Shown piece after piece: positions 9,125 to 21,600 of a DNA stretch of 64,000 bases. The stretch spans positions 39,606-103,605 of the IMG/VR virus record IMGVR_UViG_3300010885_030180; one strand, written 5' to 3'. Each line of letters starts with the position of its first letter. Position 1 is the first letter of the stretch. Position numbers and translations under genes: made by a program. This DNA is from a virus. A model generated the notes under the pieces. The model did no database searches. It was not told the origin of the DNA and was given only the letters and a program-made list of their open reading frames with translations.

Positions 9125-12100
9125 ATGGCAATTCAAATCCAATTTAGAAGAGGAACCGCGGGAGAATGGACCGGAGTTAATCCTACTCTGGCTCTTGCAG
9201 AAATGGGTATTGAAACAGATACTAACTTGTTTAAAATTGGTAATGGTACATCTACATGGATTCAATTAGACTACGGCGGTATACAAGGTCCACAAGGGCC
9301 TGCGGGTAGTACAGGTACAGCAGGCGCAACAGTAGTAGATAATGTTTTATATGTTAGTGAAAGTGGTAATGACAGCAATGATGGCCGTTCTCTAACTTAC
9401 TCTAAACGCACAATTAAATCTGCGGTATCAGTTGCATCAACTGGTACTACTGTTTTTGTTAAGAGCGGAGATTATACTGAAAATACACCAATTACTGTTC
9501 CTGACTTTGTTTCTCTAGTAGGTGATAATCTTCGTACAGTAACCGTAAGACCTACAACTTCAACAAACAATATATTTTATGTAAACAACGGAACATACAT
9601 AAGTAACATGACATTTAAGGGTCATGAGTATCCTTCAGCTGCAATATCATTTAATCCAGATGGGTCTGCAGGTGTAATATCTACAAGTCCATACGTACAA
9701 AATTGTACAAGTATGACAACAGATGCTACTGGCATGCGTGTAGACGGAAATTTAGCACTTGGTACAAAAAGTATGGTCGTGGATGCATATACTCAATATA
9801 ACCAAGGTGGTATTGGTATCCACATGTTAAATGGCGGTTATACACAATTAGTTTCTGTGTTTACTATCTGTTGTGATAAAGGATTCTATGCTGAATCAGG
9901 TGGATTTTGCTCTATAACTAACAGTAATAGTAGTTTTGGTAACTATGCATTGTATGCCGATGGTGTTAGTTCTACATTATATACAGGTAAGGTAAATGGG
10001 GCCAAATCTGGTAAAGTATTTGTTATTGATAATTTAACCACTAAACCTAGTGTAGGAGATGCTATAAGTTTTGGTGATGGGAACTATTATACAATTAGTA
10101 CATCAAGTGCATTTAAAACAGGTAGTACTGATATTGTTTATCCCACACTTATTCAAGAAGATGCTGCATTAAGAAATGCTAGACAAAATATATTAGATGA
10201 CAAGGCTAAATTACAAACATTAGTAATTGATCATGTAAGGAATACATTCCCTTTATTTGATTTTAATCAATTTAAATGCAGCAGAGATGTTGGTAATATT
10301 ATTGATGGAATTTGCTATGACATGGTGTTACATACTAACTATCAAACTGTAAAAGCAGGTACAAGTTATTATAGAGCAGCAAGTTCTACAGTAGTAACTG
10401 AACAACTAGTAGAAACTGTTAATGCTGTTAATTTTTTAAAGATTAGAGTATTAGCATTACTAACACCTGCTACAACCGCATACACTAGAGTATCCGACTT
10501 GTTTGATATATTAATAAACATTATGCAAAATGGATTAGGTGCAGCACCTAGCTATACATATAATCCACCTACCGGTGCTAGCGCCAATACTGTTAATGCC
10601 GGTTTAATATTGCAGGCTAATAAATCATTCATTGCTGAAGAAACTGTTGCTTATGTTAGTGGATTTACTTATGATTCAGTAAAATGTCAAAGAGATGCTG
10701 GTCTTATTGTTGATGCAATAGCATTTGATTTGTTATATGATGGTACTAGCCAAAGTGTATTTGCAGGATTGCAATACTGGAACAAAACTGGATATGTCGG
10801 TGATGTTGCCAATGAAATAACTACTACTACTTCTGCAATTGCTCATGTAAGAGACTTAGCAATTAGCATTGCTAATGCAGCCGGAGGTAGTGTGCCAGCA
10901 GCAACTGTTTCTGATAATTTTAATTTAATTTTGTATGTTCTAAATACAGGTACTAACGGTATTACTGATTTAATTGTTTCTAATTTTCCAGCAAGTTCTA
11001 ATAGTGATACTGTTGCAGCATATAATGCTCTGTTAGCTAATAAATCAGTTATACAAGATAATACCATTGCGTGGATTAATAGTACATATCCTGGATATAG
11101 TTATGATCAAACTATCTGCCGTAGAGATATAGGCTATATGATTGACAGTGTGGCATTTGATCTGTTACATTTTGGTAATAAACAAAGCATAATGAGTGGA
11201 GTATACTATTATGGTTTTAGTAGTACCTCCACTTCAATTGCTACTGAAATTCCACAAACTACTGCTGCTTACGAATTTATTAAATCTATATCAGCAGACA
11301 TTGTAACAGGTAAATTAATCACAGGTACATATCAAACTTCAATAAGTCAAACCATAAGTGCTAGTACTGCAACCAGTGTAGAAATTGGATTGATTAACAG
11401 TAAGATATCTACAATAACTAATATTATTAATAATGGTCCAAGTGTAGCTCCTGCTCGTGTACCAATCGGGCTTGTAGCAAATACATCTACTACAATACTT
11501 AATGCGTTTAACTTATTAAGAGACAACAGAAATTTTATTACTGCTGAAACTGTGGCGTATATTAATACCAGTTATGTAGGAGTTGTATATAGTACCGCAA
11601 CCTGTAAACGAGATGTTGGCTATATTATAGATGCAGTTACTTACGATGTGTTGTACGGTGGCAATAGTCAAACTGCTTATGCTGCTAATGCATATTATGA
11701 TGGTGCTGTATATCAAATATCAAATACTGAAAAGTTAGCCACTATTGCTGCATATTCGTTTATTAAAACTATCATAGATGATTGTATAGTTGATAATCCT
11801 ATAACTCCATTACAAAGTGCAGTAGCACAAAATACAAGTATTACCGCGGCTTCTGCAACTGAATCTGCTACTGCACAAAGTTTAATGAATATAGTTGCTA
11901 ACATAGTAGAGAATGCATATTCAAGTACTGTTACATTAGAACAATCAATTACTTCAACTATTAATGATAATACTCCTGTAACTTTCCACAAATATAGTCA
12001 AATAACAAGTTCCGCACATTCATTTGAATGGATTGGTGCAGGCACTAATATCAATTCTGCATTGCCATATTTAGGTGGAGAGCCGATTAGTGCCAATCAA

Positions 12101-12274
12101 GCAGTGGCTGTTAATAACGGTAAAGTATACTTTACTGGAACAGACCAGAAAGGCGATTTCCGAATTGGTAATGACTTGGTAATAAATAACAGCGTAGGAA
12201 CAATTTCCGGAAGAACATTCAATCGTAGTTTGTTCGCAGTTATGACGCCATACATACTGGCAATAGGATCGTAA
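9125..12274 (+). CDS. Virion structural/tail protein: Mtd_N-like N-terminus, beta-helix-like region and four helical C-x-R-D repeats
   Basis: N-terminal IQFRRGTAGEW...NPTLA..EMGIETDT; YVSESGNDSNDG...TIKSA...VFVKSGDYTE..PI.VP..VSLVGDNLR (pectin-lyase-like start); repeats KCSRDVG, KCQRDAG, ICRRDIG, TCKRDVG. Confidence 0.75.
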   Translation: MAIQIQFRRGTAGEWTGVNPTLALAEMGIETDTNLFKIGNGTSTWIQLDYGGIQGPQGPAGSTGTAGATVVDNVLYVSESGNDSNDGRSLTYSKRTIKSAVSVASTGTTVFVKSGDYTENTPITVPDFVSLVGDNLRTVTVRPTTSTNNIFYVNNGTYISNMTFKGHEYPSAAISFNPDGSAGVISTSPYVQNCTSMTTDATGMRVDGNLALGTKSMVVDAYTQYNQGGIGIHMLNGGYTQLVSVFTICCDKGFYAESGGFCSITNSNSSFGNYALYADGVSSTLYTGKVNGAKSGKVFVIDNLTTKPSVGDAISFGDGNYYTISTSSAFKTGSTDIVYPTLIQEDAALRNARQNILDDKAKLQTLVIDHVRNTFPLFDFNQFKCSRDVGNIIDGICYDMVLHTNYQTVKAGTSYYRAASSTVVTEQLVETVNAVNFLKIRVLALLTPATTAYTRVSDLFDILINIMQNGLGAAPSYTYNPPTGASANTVNAGLILQANKSFIAEETVAYVSGFTYDSVKCQRDAGLIVDAIAFDLLYDGTSQSVFAGLQYWNKTGYVGDVANEITTTTSAIAHVRDLAISIANAAGGSVPAATVSDNFNLILYVLNTGTNGITDLIVSNFPASSNSDTVAAYNALLANKSVIQDNTIAWINSTYPGYSYDQTICRRDIGYMIDSVAFDLLHFGNKQSIMSGVYYYGFSSTSTSIATEIPQTTAAYEFIKSISADIVTGKLITGTYQTSISQTISASTATSVEIGLINSKISTITNIINNGPSVAPARVPIGLVANTSTTILNAFNLLRDNRNFITAETVAYINTSYVGVVYSTATCKRDVGYIIDAVTYDVLYGGNSQTAYAANAYYDGAVYQISNTEKLATIAAYSFIKTIIDDCIVDNPITPLQSAVAQNTSITAASATESATAQSLMNIVANIVENAYSSTVTLEQSITSTINDNTPVTFHKYSQITSSAHSFEWIGAGTNINSALPYLGGEPISANQAVAVNNGKVYFTGTDQKGDFRIGNDLVINNSVGTISGRTFNRSLFAVMTPYILAIGS

Positions 12275-12275
12275 A

Positions 12276-12614
12276 ATGGCATCAACATTACCCTTAAATT
12301 CGTTTAAAACCAAAGCATTTGAATTAACTACTGGTACACAGTTAATCTATCTCACCCCCGATGCTATAACAACTATTGTATTAGGTGCACAGGCCACTAA
12401 TATCAGTAACGCACCAGTTACTGTAAAATTCACATTGGTTAAAAACGATACAACTTTTGTTATGTTGAAAGATTTTGAGATTCCAGTTAATGATGCTTGC
12501 GAAGTTACTACCGGTAAATTAGTAATTGAAGCAGGTGCCTCTGTTACTGCAAGTGCTGGCGCAAATAACAGTGTTAACCTAGTGTTAAGTATATTGGAAA
12601 CCAGCAATGAGTAA
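12276..12614 (+). CDS. Small beta-rich fibre-associated (adapter-like) protein
   Basis: 112 aa; tightly coupled to both flanking fibre genes; IY.TP...TTIV.....N pattern resembles 25198..25521. Confidence 0.7.
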   Translation: MASTLPLNSFKTKAFELTTGTQLIYLTPDAITTIVLGAQATNISNAPVTVKFTLVKNDTTFVMLKDFEIPVNDACEVTTGKLVIEAGASVTASAGANNSVNLVLSILETSNE

Positions 12615-15600
12615 GAGTAGACTGTTTAGTGGCAAGATAAAGAAAAAAACTGGCACAGCCCTTGACGGGTCACGCTATGAATATCTTGATGTAAGCCAAG
12701 CAGAACCAGACCTTGGTATACCGTTATCAAACAATGCGGTATTAATAGCTAACACCAGCGGCCAACGATTTTGGTCAAACACATTAACTGATATTACTTT
12801 AGCTGGTACTGTTATTAGCAGTGGAACAGTTACTGGTGATTTGTTACCAAGTATTACTAATACATTTAATTTAGGCCGTGCTGATCTAAGATTTAAAACT
12901 CTATTTGTTAGTAGTGCTACATTGGATATCGGTGGTGTTACTATTTCTAGTACTGGTGCTGATTCCTTAAACATATCAAAATTAATAGTGTCTACTTCAA
13001 CTAACAGTACAAGTACTGTAAGTGGTGCATTACAAGTTGTTGGTGGTGTTGGCATTGGATTAGATTTAGTTGTTGGCGGCTCAATTACTTCCAACTCATT
13101 AACTATTGGAACAGTTTCAAATAATCAGGGTACTTTAAACATTCAAAGTACTGTTGATTCAACATCCACTAATTCAGGTGCGTTACAAGTTGTTGGTGGT
13201 GTTGGCATTGGTGGTAATTTGTATGTTGGTGGCGATATCGTTGCTCAGAAATTAACTATACAACTTACCACAGTAACGACTACATTTATTGTTACAGATG
13301 ATGTAATTAGTACCTATAATACGACTCAATCTACTAGCACTGACTCTGGTGCATTAATTATTGCCGGTGGCGCAGGGTTTGGTAGAGATGTATATGTAGG
13401 CGGATTAATTTATAGTTCAGGTAGTCAAGTATTAACCTATAATAGTACACAGACACTATTAGTAGCAAGTGCTCTTTATGCAACCACAAGTGGATATGCA
13501 TTGGCATTTGATACTGGTACAGTTGTAACTACTGCAATTAATGCAATTAATGCAACTACTGCATCATTTGCAACCACAAGTGGATATGCATTGGCATTTG
13601 ATACTGGTACAGTTGTAACTACTGCAATTAATGCAACTACTGCATCATTTGCAACCACAAGTGGATATGCATTGGCATTTGATACTGGTACAGTTGTAAC
13701 TACTGCGGTTAATGCAACCACTGCTACTAGTTTGGGTCCTGATATTATTAGAATTTCTAATACTACAAATTCTACCTCAACTGATAGTGGCGCATTACAA
13801 ATTGAAGGTGGTGTCGGTATTGGTAAGAATTTAAATGTCGGTAACTTATTGACATTTAATCCAGTAATTTGGAATTATGTAGCAACTACGTTTACATCTA
13901 TTCCTGTAACCTATGGACAAACAAGTTTAACATTTACTGTACAACCGGATAATACCATTACCAATATGAGTGTGGCCGCAGGTGCCGGTGGATATGGTCC
14001 AACTAGTGTTAATTTGACTATTCCTGGAACAACTTTCCCCGGTGGAACAAGTCCTGCTAATGACATTGTTTTTAATGTAGAAACGTTTGTATCTGCAGGC
14101 CCAGTGTACTCAACAGCAGTAAATAGTGCTGTAAGTTATGTAAGCGGAACCCTGCCTCAACGATATGATAATATTTATAGTACAGGTAACGTGGGTATTG
14201 GGGCTGGAACCCAGCATTGGGTATTTGGCACAGATGGTAAATTAACTGCGCCTGGTAAGATAGAAGTTCAATCAAATGTAAATTCAAATTCAATAGCTAC
14301 CGGTGCGTTTACAGTTGTTGGCGGCGCCGGCATTGGATTAGATTTATATGTTGGTAATAATTTATATGTAGCAAATACTGCGTATCTTAATAATGCAGAA
14401 ATATTAACTACATCAAGTGGTTTTTCTAGTGAATCTGGTATTTCTATTATTAACCAACGACTAGTTGTTAATACAAGTACAAACTCCACATCAACTACTA
14501 CTGGTGCAATTGTTACGCCAGGCGGTGTTGGTATTGGTCAGGATATGTGGGTTGGTGGAAAAATTTATGCCGGCGATTTCATCTACAGTAATGGCCAACA
14601 AGTTATTACTACTTCAACTATTAATACATTTGCCAATCAAACTGTAATCACAGCTGGTACTGATACTGCAATTAGTACAAGTACTGGCAATGTAACAATT
14701 TGGAATACTAGTACATTTCAAACTGTAACCGATCGTGGTCATACTACTACTAATGCTATATCAATTACTAGTACAGCTTCTAGTACCTCATCAACTACCG
14801 GTGCATTAACTATTACCGGTGGTGTTGGGGTTGGTGAAAATTTGTATGTTAATGGGTTAATTTATAGTTCAAGTAGTCAGGTATTAACTTATAATAGTAC
14901 ACAGACATTATTAGTAGCAAGTGCGCTTTATGCAACTACAAGTGGATATGCATTAGCATTCAATACCAATACTGTTGTAACCACAGCAGTTAACGCTACT
15001 ACAGCATCATATGCATTAGCATTTGATACTGGTACAGTTGTAACTACAGCAGTTAATGCTACTACAGCATCTAGTTTAGGCACCGGTGTAATTTATATTG
15101 TTAATAGTAGTACTTCTACATCAACTAATACTGGTGCATTAGTTGTTACTGGAGGGGCTGGTGTAGGCGGAGATTTATGGGCAGGCGGAAGTATCTATGC
15201 TGCTGCATTTCTTTATAGTAATGGTCAGCAAGTTATTACTACTTCAACTATTAATACATTTGCCAATCAAACTGTAATCACAGCTGGTACTGATACTGCA
15301 ATTAGTACAAGTACCGGTAATATTACTATTTGGAATACTAGTACATTACAAACTGTTACTGATAGAGGTGCTACAACTACCAATGCTATATCAATTACTA
15401 ATGCAACCGCCAGTGACTCAACTATTACTGGAGCATTAATAGTTGCAGGTGGTGTTGGTATTGGTGGAGATATATATGTTGGCGGTGCATTATATCAAAA
15501 TGGCCAACAAGTTATTACAACTTCTACTATTAATGATTATGCAAACCAAACAGTTATAACTGCTGGTACTGATACTGCAATTAGTACAAGTACTGGCAAT

Positions 15601-18600
15601 ATTACTATTTGGAATACTAGTACGTTACAAACGGTTACTGGTAGAGGTCATACTACTACTAATCAAATTAGAATTGATAATACTCTCACTAGCACAAGTT
15701 CATTTGCATCTAATGCATTATATGTGGCAGGCGGAATTGGCGGTAACAGTGGATTTAATATCAATGGTGATGGATACTTGCACGGTGATTTAATTGTTTT
15801 TGGTACTATCACCGGAACCAACGTAACATTAACAACCTTAGTAGCTAACAGTGGCACCTTCTATGGTGATACTTCGGGATCAGGCGCATTATATGCTGGT
15901 ATTATAGGAGCAACGCCATTTTCACAGACCATGGCACAATTTACCGGTGATCTTAATGATTACATGGAAATTAATGTACAAAATATTAATGCAGGCGCCA
16001 TTGCTAGTACCGATATTGTTGCAAGCGCAGACAATGTCACTGAAACGGGCGCATTCATTGATATGGGTATTACCAGCAGCGGATGGGACGGATCTGCTAC
16101 ATTAAGTTTTGGTAATGCACTTGGTCCTAATGATGGCTATTTGTTAGTAGGAAATAGTAATCTTCCTACATCGGGTCACTTGGTAATAGGTACTATGGCT
16201 CTGGATACTAGTGTTAAGATCATAGTAGCAGGTACAAATTCAAATTATATCACTGCTATCTTTAATACTGCAACCACTGAATCAATCTCAACTACTACAG
16301 GTGCATTAGTAGTACGTGGTGGATTGGGCGTTGGTGGCTCTATATATGCAGCATCTACCAGTTACATAAACAACTCTAAGATCCTTGTTGCTGGCGATTT
16401 AGAAACAGTAACGCACACTGCTACTTACATTACTAACAATCCCGGATCTGTAGCAGTTGCTGGAACTAGCACCATCTACGGTACTTACGACTTTGGCGCA
16501 GTAAGTGATGTTTGGACTTTTAACGATTACAACACTGGTACTAATTTTGGATACTACAGTATTCACGATGCAGCAACACAACCTGCGTTTATTGTCTACA
16601 TTGGATTTAGTGGTATCACTGATTTCAATCGTATTGTATTAAACATTAATTACACACAAAATTCAGGCCATACACAAGAGATTGATTTATACAACTATGT
16701 ACAGAACCAGTGGGATACGTTTACTACCTATTCTGGGTCAACTGGTTGGTTTGAATTCATTCTTGGTACTGTCGATCCTGCACCTTATATTTCCAGCGGT
16801 ACTGTTACTGCTCGTATATATCATGTGTCATTCGGTAATACAGCACATAGAACATGGATTGATTATGTTGCCCTTGAAAAATCTATACAAGGCGGTCAAG
16901 GTCCACGCGGTGCCACCGGCGCTACTGGAGCAACTGGTGCTCAAGGATTAACTACAAGTACAACAAGTACATTTATATTTTCTAATACATTAGCTAGTAC
17001 ATCAACTGTGGCAAGCAATGCTGTTTATATAGAAGGTGGATTGGGTATTGGTAAATCTTTATTAGTAACTGGAGAAGCAATATTTCAAAATAATGTAACA
17101 TTTGCTGGTACTACTACTTTTGTATTATCTACTAACACAGTTTATACAGATAACATTATTGAATTGCATTATCCAAATACTCCCGGAAATGTATGGGCTG
17201 TAAATGACGGTAAGGATATCGGATTAAGATTCCACTATTACGATGGTGCAGACAAAAATGCCGGATTAGTATTAGCCAATGATACCAAATATTTAGAATG
17301 GTATTCTAGCGGAACAGAAGATGGCACAAGTACATTTGCAGGCAGTGCGTATGGTACCTTTAAAACTGGCAGTATTGTATTAACTAATACTACAGTTTCT
17401 ATTAGTACCTCAACCGGTGCATTACAAGTCGCAGGTGGTGTTGGTATTGGTGGTAGTTTATACATTGGTGGTGCATTATATCAAAATGGTCAGCAAGTTA
17501 TTACAACTGCTACAATTAACAACTTTGCAAATCAAACAACAATAACTGCCGGTACTGATACTGCAATTAGTACCAGTACTGGCAACATTACTATTTGGAA
17601 TACCAGTACATTACAAACCGTCACTGATAGAGGTAATACTACTACTAATGCAATTAGTATTACTAATGCAACTGCAAGTGGCTCAACTATTACCGGCGCA
17701 TTAACAGTTGCAGGTGGTATTGGTGTAGGTGGCGATTTATACATTGGTGGTGCATTATATCAAAGCGGTCAGCAAGTTATTACAACTGCTACCATTAATC
17801 AATATGCAAATCAAACAAGTATTATTGCTGGTACAGACACAGCAGTAAGTACCAGCACTGGTAATATTATAATTTGGAATACTAGCACTTTACAAACAGT
17901 TACTAGTAGAGGCGCTACAACTACCAATGCAATATCAATCACTAATGCAACTGCAAGTGGTTCAACTATTACCGGAGCATTAACTGTTACTGGCGGTGTT
18001 GGGATTGGTGGCAATTTATATGTTGGTGGTGCATTATATCAAAGCGGGCAAGCAATATTATCCACTGCTACCATTAATCAATTTGCTAATCAAACCAGTA
18101 TTATTGCTGGTACTGATACAGCAGTAAGTACCAGTACTGGTGCTATTACAATTTGGAATACCAGTACATTACAAACGGTTACTGGTAGAGGTGCTACAAC
18201 CAATAATGCAATTAGTATTACTAATACCACAAGTTCTATTAGTACCACAACTGGTGCATTAATTGTAACTGGCGGGGTTGGTATTGGCGGTAGTTTAAAT
18301 GTTGGAGATGCCAGTGTTGTTAACGTAAACAGCACCAGCACAGCCTTACGTATCACCCAGCTTGGCGCAGGTAATGCGCTGGTAGTTGAGGATGAGGCTA
18401 ATCCTGATGCATCACCATTTGTAATTGCTAGTAATGGTACCGTGATTATTGGTCACACTGCACGGGTCACACAAGTTAATGTCCTCGAAGTACATAGCAG
18501 CGCCGCCATTAACAGTTCACCTGCTATGGGGGTTTACAGTTGGGGAACACTTGCCACTGGCGGTGGTCTGAATTTGTACAAATCTCGCTCAGGTACTGTA

Positions 18601-21600
18601 GGAACGTACTCGACTGCAACAAATGGATCCCAATCCAGTATTCGTTTCCAATTTGATGACGGTGCAGCTTTTCAACAAGCTGCTTCGATCATTGGCTCAG
18701 TAGAAGGAACGCCTGCACTTAACAGTACGCCTGGTCGCTTAACCTTTGGTACCACACCGGATGCTTCTACCACGCCAGTTGAGCGTATGCGTATTGACAG
18801 CGTAGGTCAGACTAAATTTAGCACTGTCATTACTGCAACCTCAACAACTACTGGCGCATTGGTAGTAACAGGTGGCGTTGGGATTGGTGGCAATTTATAT
18901 GTTGGCGGAGCATTTACTGCAACATCAATTAGCATTGGTGGTATCAATGTGGGGTATGGATATACTGGTAGTTTAGGTTATACTGGATCAATAGGTTATA
19001 CTGGCTCAATAGGCTACACTGGTTCAGCAAGTACCGCTACTGGTTATACTGGTAGTATTGGTTATACTGGCTCAATAGGATATACTGGTTCGGCAAGCAC
19101 AGTCTCTGGGTATACTGGTAGTATTGGTATAGGTTATACTGGATCAGCAAGTACTGCAACTGGTTATACTGGTAGTATTGGCTATACTGGAAGTAAAGGT
19201 ACTGACGGAACCAGTGTTACTATTAAAGGGTCGACTTCAACTTCAGCAGCGTTACCAGGATATCCAACTTCGTATATTGGTACAGCAGGTGATGGATATA
19301 TAACAACAGATACTGGGCACTTATGGGTATGGAGTGGTAGTGCATGGAATGATGTTGGCAATATTACAGGTCCATCTGGTGGACTTGGTTATACTGGGTC
19401 AAGAGGATATACTGGTTCGGCAAGTACTGCAAGTGGATATACTGGTAGTATTGGTGTAGGATACACTGGCTCTGCAAGTACCGTAACAGGCTATACCGGC
19501 AGTATTGGTTATACTGGTAGTATTGGTTATACTGGATCAGCAAGTACTGCAAGTGGATATACTGGAAGCCAAGGAACAGGTGGTGGGGCAGGATATACCG
19601 GATCAGCAAGTACCGTAACAGGATATACTGGATCAGTGGGGTATACTGGTAGCATTGGTAGTACCGGAACAACTGGATATACTGGTAGTATAGGCAATAC
19701 TGGTACTATAGGATATACTGGCAGCATTGGTACTATTGGATATACTGGTAGTATAGGCAATACTGGTACCATTGGATATACTGGCAGTATAGGTTATACT
19801 GGTAGTTTGGGTTATACTGGTTCAGCAAGTACTGCTTCTGGGTATACTGGTAGCACTGGTACTATAGGATATACTGGTAGTTTAGGATATACTGGTAGTG
19901 CAGGTGTGTCTGGTACCTTTAGCGCCGTTCAGGTATTTAATACACAAAGTGGTACAACTTATACATTGGTATTGGCAGACGCAGGTGATTTGGTTAAATT
20001 AACTAATGTTTCAGGCGTTACAGTTACTATTCCATTAGAAAGTTCTGTTAACTTTGCCATTGGGCAGCGTGTAGATATAGAACAAGCAAGTGCAGGCAAT
20101 GTCGCAATAGTAGGGGCAAGTGGAGTTACATTAAACTCAACTGATTATCCGGTACTAAGTACACAATATAGTGTGGGTACATTGATCAAAACTGGATCAA
20201 ATGAATGGCTGTTTGTTACACCACAGGGCGGATTAGGTTACACAGGAAGTACAGGCGTTGGCTATACGGGCAGTTTAGGTTACACTGGATCAGCAAGTAC
20301 CGCTAGTGGCTACACTGGATCAGCAAGTACTGCAAGCGGCTATACCGGTAGTTTAGGATATGTTGGAAGTGTTGGTAACTTTAGTTCTGTACAAACATCT
20401 AACACACAAACTGGTACCACTTATACATTGGCATTAACTGATGCTGGGCAGTTGATAAAATTAACTAATGCTTCAAATGTTACAGTTACTATTCCATTAG
20501 AAAGTTCAGTTAATTTTGCTATAGGACATAGATTAGATATAGAACAGGCTAGTACAGGTATTGTTGCAGTAGTAGGGGCAAGTGGAGTTACATTAAACTC
20601 AACTGATTATCCAGTACTAAGTACACAATATAGTGTGGGTACATTGATCAAAACTGGATCAAATGAATGGCTGTTTGTTACACCACAGGGTGGCACAGGA
20701 TATACTGGTAGTACGGGCGCCGGTTATACTGGATCTGCATCAACAGGATCATCATTTACAGGTGGAGTGATTACAGGTATTACTACTGTTACAAACACAA
20801 CAAATGCAAGTTCAACTAATTCAGGTGCATTACAAGTTGTCGGTGGTGTTGGCATTGGTGGCAGTTTGTTTGTTGGTGGTGTTATAACTGCAACTAACTT
20901 CTTTGCAGGTACATTAAGAATTGATGCTGGTAGCACAATGACTAATTTAGTTGTTACTGGTACTGCTACATCAACTAGTACTACGACCGGCGCTGTTATT
21001 ATATCTGGTGGATTAGGAGTTGGACTTGGTATAGTTGCCGGCGGAACTGTTACTGCCACAAACTTTATATTAAACGGATATCAAGTTAGTACTGCTACAG
21101 GTAGCGCAACTTTTACCGGTGGATCTGTAGCAAATACTACTACATTTGTAAGTACAGTCACTATTACTTCAACTGCAATTTCAACATCAACTACAACTGG
21201 CGCTTTACAAGTTGTAGGTGGCGTTGGTATTGGTGGTAACATTAACTTTGGCGGTAGTTTATATCAAAATGGTGTATTGTTTACCGGAGGTGGCGGAGTC
21301 GGCAGCTTTAATTCAGTACAAACTTTTAACACACAAACTGGTACTAGCTATACATTGGTATTAACTGATGCTGGTACTTTAGTTAATATGAATAATGCTG
21401 TTGGTGCTACTGTTACAGTACCGCCAGAAAGCTCAGTTAACTTCAGTATTGGACAGCGTGTTGATATAGCACAAAATGGTGCTGGACCAGTGGTAATATC
21501 AGCAGGTGTGGGTGTTACATTACATACCACTGATCTTCCATTATTGAATAATCAATACAGTATTGGTACATTGATCAAAGTAGGTTCCAATGAATGGACA

